Shown piece after piece: positions 1-10,700 of a stretch of DNA of 64,000 nt. The stretch is from NCBI GenBank assembly GCA_002269645.1, contig NIVC01003397.1, positions 35,824 to 99,823 of the forward strand, read 5' to 3'. Numbering within the stretch: the stretch's first letter is position 1; each line of letters starts with the position of its first letter. Made by a program: the position numbers and the translations under genes. Under the pieces are notes generated by a model that worked only from the letters and a program-made list of their open reading frames with translations, was not told the DNA's origin and made no database searches. Source of the DNA: Macrostomum lignano. Lineage: Eukaryota.

Positions 1-358
1 TCTGTTGTTCTCTGTTGTTGTTATTGCAAAGCTGCTATGAGATTATTACTATGAGAATATTGCAAAGCTGCTATGAGATTACTGCTATGAGATTATTGCA
101 AAGCTGCTATGAGATTATTGCTATAAGATTATACAGGAGCTGCTATGAGATTATTTCTATGCTGCTATGCGATTATTGCTATGAGATTATTGCTATGCTG
201 CTATAAGATTATTGCTATGAGATTATTTCTATGCTGCTATGAGATTATTGCTATGAGATTATTGCTATGCTGCTATGAGATTAATGCTATGAGATTATTG
301 CTAAGCTGCTATGAGATTATTGCTATGAGATTATTGCAAAGCTACTTTGAGATTATTT
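1..358. repeat. Tandem minisatellite built on GCTATGAGATTATT (14-nt and 22-nt subunits, ~36-nt higher-order period)
   Basis: Repeated GCTGCTATGAGATTATTGCTATGAGATTATTGC(AAA/TAT) visible directly; runs off the window start. ORFs 15..206 and 145..369 are translations of this repeat. Confidence 0.92.
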
Positions 359-645
359 TTATTAATTAATTTTTACAATGCTTTTCAAGACGAAAGAGCT
401 GCTTGACCTTTGCAAAAAAGCATGTTTTTCGAATATTTAATGCCTTTAGCATCGAGCAATTTCTCAGCCAAGATGCATGTACCGAGATGCGAAAATTTCT
501 GATCGAACGGTGCAAATTTGAAGAAAATCGGACAACGCATTCGCCTAAACGACGAGAAGACAGCTATTTTACATGACACCACATTGACATGTATATATAC
601 ATATAGTTTTCATTTTTAGTATATCTGATGATTTTTAGTATATCT
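1..645 (-). mobile_element. 5' part of a non-autonomous Helitron-like element (family B), reverse orientation
   Basis: 385-540 is the reverse complement of about 54805-54960 in the nested TC...CTAG element; TATACTAAAAAT-like 5' motif on the minus strand near 612-645; carries a satellite internally, like its relative. Confidence 0.6.
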
Positions 646-1866
646 GAAGTCTTGAAGGAGAAAGTTTCGATTGAGTCCAGTTCACGGAGAGGATTTCGAT
701 GGTTTTCAGCTGCACGGAGAAGATATCTGTTTCGCGGAGAGAATTTTTATGGATTTGGTATCTTCAGTCAGTCAGAGAAGAGAGAAGAGATGATTAGAAA
801 AGAGAGTAGAAGTGAGAGAGGAGAGATTAGACATGACAGATGGGAGAGAAGAGGGGAGTAAGGCGGGAACGAAGAGGGAGAGAGAAGAGGAGAGAGGAGA
901 TGAGGGGAGAGGATATGAGAGAGGAGATATGAGATTGCAGAGAGGAGACAGGAGAGAGAAGAAAGGAGGGATAAGAGCGTACAGAGGCAATAGACGAGAG
1001 GAAAGAGAGGAGAGAGGTGAGAGGAGAGAGGAGAGAGATGAAAGATCAGAGATTCAGAGATTTGAGAGAAGAAAGTAGTGAAGAGAAAGAAGAGGGTAAA
1101 GATGAGAGTGCAGAGAGGAGAGAAACGAGAGGAGACAGGAGGTGGTAGAAAGGAGTATAAAAAACAGGAGATAAGAAAGGAGAGGGTGAGAGCATATAAG
1201 AAAGATGAAAATGAGAGCAGAGGAGAGAGAAAAGAGAGAGGGTAGAGGAGAGACAATAATATGTGTGTAGAGAAGAGATATGAGAGAGGAGAGAAGAGGG
1301 GAGAGAGGAGACAGGAGAGAGTAAATTTGAAAGACCTGGGAGAAGAGATAAATAAGATAGTACAGATGAGAGGAGAGAGAAGAGAGATGAAGATCAGACA
1401 TGAGAGAAATGAAAGAGTAGAAAGGAGTAATTATTGAGGAGAAAGAAGAGGGTAAAGATGAGAGTGCAGAGGGGAAAGATGAGAGATGCAATTAGAAAAG
1501 AGATGAGTGAGGAAATAAGAGAGAGATTTGAGAGGAGAGGGAGATGAGAGGAGAAAGGAAAGGAGAGAAGAGAGAATGGAAAGGAGAGAAAAGAGAGGAG
1601 ACAGGAGACGGTAGAAAGGAGGGCAGAAAGATGGGAGATAGGAAAGGAGAGGGTGATATGAGAGACATGAGATATGAGAGCAGAGACATGAGAGTCCGAG
1701 TCTGGACAATGCCAATGAGTTTTTGCTAACAGGGAAAACAAGATATCCGGTATTTGAAATGCATTGTAGAGGATTTGGAGATGATTTGGAAGATAGGATT
1801 CAAGTCATGGAATTTTAGCTGATGGGAGTTCTTCCCCTTTCTCCTCCAGAGGAGGAGTTCCACTCG
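646..1866 (+). mobile_element. 3' part of a Helitron-like family-A unit (30-bp repeat remnants, GA-rich tract, terminal hairpin, CTCG end)
   Basis: Same order of modules as the units at 47-64 kb; ends CTCCTCC-AGA-GGAGGAG-TTCCA-CTCG at 1866, followed by T and unrelated flank. Confidence 0.7.
770..1710. repeat. Low-complexity polypurine (GA-rich) tract
   Basis: Strongly A/G-biased + strand; source of the spurious Leu/Ser-rich and Glu/Arg-rich ORFs. Confidence 0.9.
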
Positions 1867-3445
1867 TTGGCTTAATAAAACCACGCGTCCGACTCGACCA
1901 CCTGGCGAGCCGCGCGCGGCCTGCACGAGAGCAATAATATTCAAATCAATGGGAAAAAATGAGCTATAACTATGCATTGAGTAAATGTTAAAACAGTTAA
2001 TTATTCATTTATATTTTTACGAACAAAGCTATGTTCTTCCGTCTGGTAAATTGCTCAAGTATATATTTATTAAAATTTAGTATTACGCATATGCACTTCA
2101 TGGTCGTCTCGAAGGAAAATAATCCATAAAACTCAAATTGCCCTACTCAACGAGCAAACTGTCACGTTTTGAGTCGTAGTCCCCAAAGAAGGATGAGTTG
2201 AACGATTGGCGGTGTAGCAGATTGTGTAGCGGTAGCACTTATTAATAGACCGTTGGTTAAATTCGTTGTGGTCTTGGCTTTTATATTTGTCTTTTAAAAT
2301 ATTAATAGCAGTACAGAGACGATAACAATACGGGCACTGGCGGCTGCAACAGCGAGTTTATGCTAAGATGAGTAGACGACGGAGTATGGCGATGAGGCAG
2401 AGACAGTGAGTAGCAGTCGTGAGTAGCCAGAATGGCGGAGAGTTGGCGCTAGCCGTGGTAGAAGTACAACGGGCGAGAGAGGCGTAAAACAAGTCTGGCT
2501 GGCTAGTGGAGCCGTGGCGAGAGATAAGGCAGGCGCGGAAAGGCACGAGAGGAAGGAAAGGAAAGGAAAGGAAGGAATGGAAAGTGAAAAACCCAGCCCG
2601 CCGCCAAGCGGGGGTTAATAAAGGAGCGCGCGAGGGCTAGCCTTAAACATGAGCGGGGTTTTCATTGGCTGGCGGGAGAACTTGAAATTATCGATCGTGC
2701 AAGTTTTCTACGGTCGCATGCAACGATTGCAAAGTACGCAGTGATTTAGCAATTGATACAGATTCGTAGGGCGCTACTACAAGTAAACGTTAAAATAAAC
2801 GATTGGAAAAGTTTAGTTGAGAAATTGTAGAGAAACTGCAGTCCAACGGCCCTTTTGCGGGACCGCCTTAAACTGACAACGTCACAAAACTAATTGAGCC
2901 AAAGCACAATTTTTATGTGTAAAAAGCAAATTGCACCCATATGGTGGATCAAAAGTGCTGTATGATTGCGTTGTTTTTGTTTATTGCAAGAGTCACTTTT
3001 TCAGTGTAAATTATTTATTTATATTTATTCAGTGTTCATTTCTAATCATATCGAATTGATTATCGTAGGAAATTTTGCTTAATTGATTAAAACTTTTAAT
3101 TGGTTAACGACGCGGCACCCCGCGGTTCTCCCGAGTTCGGGCCGACGTCGGCTGGCCGACTTTAGCATGGCCGATCGGATGCCGAGTGGCCGACGTCGGC
3201 CCGAGCTAGGACCGAGCTCGGCTTTGCCACTGGGAGGTCGTAAACTACTTTTATATTTAGCACACTAAATACCTGAAAGTTTCGTCATCTTAGTCATTTT
3301 TACGAGACTTCTGGCGCTTTCGGTTCGAAACACTGAGCCTACCTAATCCTATAATTTTAAGTTTGTTATAATACTACGAAGCGAAACTTCTAAACTTTTT
3401 TCATTCCAAGAAACAAGTTGCTCAGCGTGCAGCTCAATGTGAAAC

Positions 3446-4143
3446 CAAGGACGACTTAAGTAGAAGGACGGGAAACCTCGTTTCTTAGAAAATTTTTGAA
3501 GGCACTTTTTCCCGAAAAAATACACTGCGGAGATAGGAAGTTTTCATTTTTTCAGCACAAAAATTGCTATAACTTTTGATAGGAGGCAGATCCAGTGTTG
3601 ATCTTTTGATATGTTGTGCCTTTTTTATTGCTCTATCGATATTTATAAAGCTTTCCGTTCAGAAAATTAGGATTCTATGTTAATTTTTTATTCTACGTAT
3701 ATTTTCATGTGTCTTGTGCTTGAAATACATTAGAATGCCACGGCTTGGCTCTTTGATTTTATGAGTCTATTTTATCCTTCTTACCTGACTGTATAGCAAA
3801 TAGTCGTAACACAGATGATAAAATAGATTCATAAAACCAAATATTGGAGCTGTGTCATGCATTATTGTGATTTTCAGGTACAGGAAATATACGTAGAATA
3901 AAAAATTAACATAGAAATCTAATTTTCTGAACGGAAAGCTTTATAAATATCGATAGAGCAATAAAAAAGGCACAACATATCAAAAGATGAACACTGGATC
4001 TGCCTCCTATCAAAAGTAATAGCAATTTTTGTGCTGAAAAAATGAAAATTTCCTATCTCCGCAGTGTATTTTTTCGGAAAAAAGTGCCTTCAAAAATTTT
4101 CTAAGAAACGAGGTTTCCCGTCCTTCTACTTAAGTCGTCCTTG
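3446..4143. mobile_element. Non-autonomous foldback DNA transposon, ~258-bp TIRs, 8-bp TSD (P-superfamily-like termini)
   Basis: 3446-~3703 is the reverse complement of ~3886-4143 with about 6 mismatches; termini CAAGG...CCTTG; TGTGAAAC at 3438-3445 and 4144-4151. Confidence 0.85.
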
Positions 4144-5158
4144 TGTGAAACATGCAGCTACGTGTCCGTCGTTAGTGCTGAGACTGAGATAAAAATTATT
4201 TAAGGCATTTTTCATATGTTTACCTAAATATATATGAGTATATAAGATACTCAGCTACGATAGTTGCAGCTCTTTCACTTTCAATTTCACTTTTTAGTCC
4301 AGTCAATGATCCAGTCATTTAATTTAATCTTTATATTGCATATATAAAAATTAATGCGCAATATATGAGCACTACTACTAATGCGGAGATGAATTCTTTT
4401 AAATTCTTTTTCTATTATAGGAATATTTAATATTAATAATATCTTCTAGTAGTAGCTGTTTCGACAATGTTTAGCAATTTTTATTTATATATTAATATTA
4501 AATATTTTGTAAATATTTTAGATTTTTTTCCAAACTGGGAAGTGAAATAAAAGCATGGTTTACTATAGGCTTTTAAGTTTCAAATTTTTCTCTAGCTATT
4601 AGCTAAAAAATTTTTTTAGACATTTATGTTATTAGTTCTTATGCTATTTGCCATTTTATAACCAATTGGCAATTGACAATTTGTACATCTATAAAATTAT
4701 AGTTAATAAGATTTAGTATAGTTGGATTTTTAGTATGGGGGATTAAATCATTAGTTACTATCTAAAACTGTAGTTAAAATGGTTCTTTAAAATATAGTTT
4801 GTATAAGCTAGAATCCATAATTTGGAATTTGAAAAAAATATGTTATAAAATCATAGCTTAAACACTAAAAAACATAACTAAATAACTAAAACACCAAAAA
4901 ATAAAAATAAAGTAAGCAAACCAGAAACTTTCTTTAAAGATGCAAAAACTGCAGCTAGTAAATAAATAATAAAAAAGAAAATAATCAATACTTAATATTG
5001 ATAATCAATAACAAATAATCAAAATAATCAGTAGTAATCCAAAGCTCTAACAATCTCAAACACATCAGTACATCGTTACATGCACCTGTACTGTACTAGC
5101 AACTGTACTGTACACTGCACTGTACCGTACCTTTACACTGATACACACAACTATCAAG

Positions 5159-6430
5159 ATGCTTGGCAGCATCACTCCATTTATTGAGCTGGAAGACTCA
5201 AATGATCACATGCGTAGAACTCAGTCACAGTCTGTATCAAGACTCACGGTCTTCTCGGCCTGGATCTCCTGTGGTTTGGCCCGGACATGGTCTCCCTCAA
5301 CCACGTGGAACAAACTCAAGAAGCTGCACTTGGGAAGCTACATGGCTTCAAGGCGTGCATCTTGCTGAAGGATGCGCGGCCAAGTTATTTTGAGGCGAGA
5401 CCCGTGCCAATTTATCTAAAACCGTTGGTCATCACCATCACGAAGCCCATGAAGCTTATCAATAGCGGGGTTCTCAAACAAGTCGCTTCAGGAGGCAGTC
5501 AATGGGCATCTCGATCGTGGTCATTAGGAAGTCGAACGGTGACAGCAGGATTCCTACTACAAGATCGGAGTGAATACGAAGATCTGCGTCTGCGCCGATT
5601 CCTACCCGCTACCCAACATTGAGACGGCTTTTTACGAGCTTGTGGGGATGTCCCACTTCGGTATCGTCGACCTGGCAGACGCGTACCATCAGATCGAGCT
5701 GTACGAGGCATCCAGAGCCATCCTGACCATCAACATTCCAACTGGTCTGCTAAAATGTAGAATAATGTAGGCTGTCTGTCGTCCTACGGGTTGAAAAAAC
5801 GGCGAGTGCATAATTTCAAGCAGCCATGGAGGTGAAAATTTGCGATTTGATGTCGAACCTAGTCATCTATCAAGACGACGTTTGCGTCGATCACTGACCT
5901 AACTGGACGAGAACGAGTTACCATTCGAGCCCGAGACGAGACGAGAACGAGGCCGACCAGGACGGAAACTCCTGATCAAATAAATTCAAGGCGGTCGGAA
6001 TGCTGATCAACGAGCGCAAGTGATCGTATTCAGAATAGCGATCATCTCATTCCTCGGCTATAAATTCTCGACTGACGGAGTTCAGCCAGACACCAAGTTC
6101 GTCGAGAAAGTGCAGCAGACCCAAGCTCCGACGAATCACAAGGACCTTGAGTCCTTTTTGGGGCTCACCAACTAATACTACGCGCGATGCATCCAGTCCT
6201 ATTCCAATCGGGTCGAGCTACTGACGGCCCTTAGGAGCAAGAAGGTGCCCTACACGTCGGGTGACGCACAACAAGCGGGTGACACACGACAAGAAAGCAC
6301 CATCGGCGTATCCAGCTGTTCGCATTTTTTACTCATCAAAGAGGACGACGGTGAAAACAGATGACAGCGAAAAGGCGATCTCGGCCATTATCACTCAAGA
6401 GACAAGCATCCAGTGGTCATCTGTTCGCTG
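5159..6430 (+). mobile_element. Heavily degenerate Ty3/gypsy pol fragment (RT and start of RNase H)
   Basis: Fragments YFEARPVP, YPLPNIE...IVDLADAYHQIEL...LTINIPTGL, IYQDDVCV (YxDD, ~5865-5890) and KTDDSEKAISAIITQE spread over several frames with stops. Confidence 0.75.
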
Positions 6431-7705
6431 TCATCTGTTTTCCCCTGTCGCGACTGCTTACGCAAAACTGCTCCAACATCGAGTGAGAGGCTCTTGCTAT
6501 TTAATATATTGTGTGGGCAACCCAACGAGCTCAAAAATTCCTTCTGGGAGCCAAGTTTACTCTTAACTGCTGCCATCTCTCCGGCGTGCCGATGTGAGCT
6601 TGAAGCTTATTTCACTTGAATAAGATTTTGTTTTGGCACGGCGGTGCCTCTCACTTAGGCATTACAAAATAAATATACGAGGCCTGATGTAATAAGTCGT
6701 ATATCTCAGCCAAACCAATCTGTCTCTGATTTTTCTTACTATACGGCATGACAGGTAGACTGAGAGGAGCTTCGTAAAATCGGGATTCGCATCACTAAGA
6801 GAATCACACGAAAATCCTCTATAGTAAACACTCCTGATATCTGATAGTTAATTAGTGATTCGTAATTTGACTAAAAGAAAGCCACTGGTTTGTAGATTTT
6901 TAATCAGTAATCACTTTATAAAATTGGTCCCAGATGTTGCCGCTAAGAGGGTGGTCTAGGTAGATACGAATGGTGTCTCAGTGGTGAGGGGTCCTCCTGA
7001 ATAGGTAGATAATCCTACTATATCCGCCTCTAGCTCTATACATGTTTGTTTTCTCTATATAGAAGATTTTCTCAGCTGCTTTATAAGTAAAGCGTCCTAC
7101 TGTACCTCTGTTTAATCGTTTTTAACGCTAGAAAAAGGCTACATAAGCCTTTTATGCCATAAATTCATGATTTGATCATACGAGATGTGAAGATGTGAAG
7201 AAACTTTATACAATGGTTTTCATACCACATGGATAGTGTATGTTTTACCCATGATTGGGGGGCTTATCGTTTTTAATTTTTTTATAGCTCTAAATTGTAC
7301 GTGTATACTACGAGTATACTAGGGTATACTAGAGTTTATCATCGTATATGCTACTTCGATAAATTAAGTTCTTCCGGTAATTAAAAATAAACTGCCATGT
7401 TGAATAAACGAAAAGGGACGAAATTTGTATATTGGCTTTTGGAGCAGAAAATTGCATTTTATAAATTTGTGAATTTCTTAATTTTGAAATTTTACGAGCT
7501 ATAAATGAAATTAAATCAAAACTAAATGATATAGCTACCTGCCAGTCTTATAAAACTAAAGTGTGGGAACCCTAGAATACGAGCGTAGCGTCTCTGTCTT
7601 TAATGCTGAAGCTTATGCAATAAAATAGTCAAAATCATAAAAATCTGTTCAAATCATAAAAAATTTACACCGACTTCATTTTTCCCTCGCTTTTTTTATA
7701 GAAAT

Positions 7706-10700
7706 ATGATGCGAGAGTCCTCATCTTCAGAGGAAGACGAAAACTGGAAATATGCTCAAGGACCATCTATGAGTTTAATTCAGCCCTCTCTCATCCAGCC
7801 AAAATTTGGTACCCCGGAAGATAACCGACCCTTAAGTCCGCAGCAGCAGCCCCTGCATCTAAAGCTAAAGGATTCGCCAGCATCTATTGCTGTTCGAAAA
7901 AACTCTAGTACATCAGCTCTTGCAGTGCCTTTTGGTGGATGTACGCCCGCGATTCGCCGAGCCTCTGGAGAGCCACGTTCGACAAGCCCCTCTCCCAGCA
8001 TACTGTCTGTCTCGGATGGCCTTAGCGAAACTGACCAAGAGGCTGACAGGCGGGAAAGACTACTCCTTTACGTTCTTGTCATGCGCTGCATTGCCTACCC
8101 GTTCTGCGCCAAGCAGCCCACCGACCTTGCTCAGCGGCAACTTAAAGTTACACCGGCACAGCTGCTCCAGGTTTGCTTCTTTTCACCATTTAACCGTTTT
8201 AGTCATTTCGTGATTTCTTGCTAGATTGCTATCTCTAAAACATTCTTTTATAATGCAGCAGCTGTCGCATTCACATAGAAGACGATCCCTCACTACTGCT
8301 TCGCCACTCAGCTAAAATACGCAATAGTAGAGTAGACCGTACAGTCAGCGAGTAGAGGATTTATTTTACGTGGTTCAAATCCTTAGTCTTAAGGTTTGAA
8401 TGTATTCTGTATAGAAACTTTTTCAAGAGTGTTCGCGTCGGTCTCGATGAAATTTTTGTTTCGTTTCAAAAATGCGTTACTTTAATAACAGATACTATTG
8501 TAGATTAGAGGATCACTAAATTTTCCTTCGCACTGACAATGCGCTCGTAATTATATTTTGCTGCTTAAGTTCAAGACTGTTGTGATTTTTTACTCAATAT
8601 ACTGACCCGTACTGTCTCTGTCTCTCTCTCATTCTATCAACCCCACCCCTTCCATACTCGCAACTTATTGTTAACTATTTTTATAACGTACTGTACTTTA
8701 TTTTGGTGCCACTGTATCATTCTGCTACTGTTATTTGGGGTCTAGTGCATTAGGACATCGTCACCAGGGTCGCAGCGTGCGTTCGCTGCGACCCTGGTTG
8801 CCGCTGGCTTACTGCCTGCGCGTTTGTGCGACAGTGGGTTAGCAAGCAGCAGGACTGGGGTTGAATAGTCTCCCTGCTCGTCGTACAGGGCGCAAGACGA
8901 AGCCGGCTGGTTCGTCTCGGGACACAACATTGGTAATTTGTGTTGAAAAATCAAAAAAAACAAAAAACCCTGGTACACTAAAAATTGGAGTGACCAGGTG
9001 GGCTTAAAGATATCATTTAAACGCCATCAAATGAGACCAAATTGATCTGATCATAGAACATGTTGATTACTTCCATGGAATACGTGAAATAGAATAATTT
9101 TCAAGACTATTTTTGACTACTGAAGCCACTTACCAAACGGGACACCAAGTTTTGCCGAGTCTGAATTAAAAAATCGCTTTTTGGCGCAATCGAGCTCTTT
9201 CGAGCAATTAACCATCATAAGAATAATTTAATAACCCACAAAAGTAATTTACAAGCCATTTACGGCTTCATAATTTGTATGATCACGCAAAAGTTGATCT
9301 CCTTTGATGGCGGCGTGAATCCTAACCCTTGATGGCGACTCAAACGATAACCGTTAGACTTCTATATTCGGCTTGTTCTCTGTCCGGAGGAAAATAGCTC
9401 GTATGTATTATCATCAAATCAAAGCTGTAACTCTAAAGATGATTAGCTTTATTGAGAATATGTAAAAATGGTGTTAACTCAAGCTGATGCGGATACAGCT
9501 ACGGAGGCAGCAGACACGGAGGCAGCTATTTAAAATTCCAGCGCCAATGTTGTTTCGCCGAGTTTATGGGATAAATATTATTGAATGTAGTTCATTAGTA
9601 CATATTGTTTCACTTTTGTAAAAATGTTTTAATAGTCATTTTCAACTCTGGAGAAATAATAGACTAGTTTGCGTACCCCCGCTAACAGATTCGCGACCGC
9701 TTTCAAATATTCGTGTCTGGAGGCAGCGGCATCGTAGCTGACGAGGCCTTCAGTAACGCGGTGCGCAGCTACCATGGGGTATTTTTGCAATCCGAGCAAG
9801 TAGCCGCCCTGGTCCGTTCAGGTGGCTGCTCCGTGCGCGACTTTCGTGACGTTTTAAGAGCAACATCGAAATGCGAGTCCGATGCCTGCCTGAAATCGAC
9901 GGTCTCAGCAAGGAGACTGTACTGAGCTCATGGATGGCTAAATTCGACCAGATTTTTCGTGGAAATGAAGACCCCAGAAGGGCGCAGCGTATGGCTGCCT
10001 GTCAAAGTGAATTGGTGCTTAGCAAGGAACAGCTATATGATCTATTTCAAGCTGTGCTAAATGTTCGAAAGTATGAGCATCAGATCATGTTCAATGCATG
10101 TCAAGTGAGTTTTGCAAAAGAGCCACAGATAGAGTAATCAAATAATTGTATTTTAATTTTTGAGACAAATTTAAAACAATTTTATGTAGTTAAAAAAATT
10201 GAGTGAGTGAATGGAGCAGAATGGAACTATCGTGGCTCTGTCGGTGTAAGTTTCTTTGACACAAGTTTCTTCCACTGACGCTTTAGCTTTTATGTATGGA
10301 GATGTCTCGCTCAATCGCGCCAGTCTCTCAAACCAAAATACTAAAGAGCTCCTTTGGCTTGCAAGCCAACTTCCTTGTTTGGTTGAAAATACTCTAAAAT
10401 CAATATCTGAATCGTGAATCTGGTAAAAAAGCATCAACCGTCAAGCAGATGCAGCATGCATACATGCATTTTTCCTTGTGAATGCCCTTGTTTCCAGTTA
10501 GACAACACGGATGAGCAGGCAGCGCAAATCAGACGCGAACTGGACGGTCGGTTGCAGGCTCTGGACGAAGCTATGATGGCAAGTTGGGCAGGAGATTTAG
10601 ACTTCTAGCCATTTCAATTAAATTAAAATAAAATATTGTCTAAATTGATGAATCAGTCGACTCCGAAACGACAAAATGACAATGACCCACAGAATCGAAA

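Noticed and set aside
628-1741. Many 60-160 aa ORFs rich in Leu/Ser/Phe (-) or Glu/Arg/Gly (+), and similar ORFs at 51678-52193, 58473-58890, 60379-61154 and 62592-63379
   Set aside because: They are translations of GA-rich low-complexity tracts with no domain motifs.
2230-2660. GC-rich, (GGAAA)n-containing stretch that could be a retroelement 5' UTR or promoter
   Set aside because: No boundaries, TSD or associated ORF could be identified.
8340-8400. GGTTCAAATCC B-box suggesting a tRNA or SINE
   Set aside because: No convincing A-box or cloverleaf.
9851-9860. Programmed -1 ribosomal frameshift in CAPS
   Set aside because: T TTA AGA is not a canonical X XXY YYZ heptamer, and a homopolymer error is simpler.
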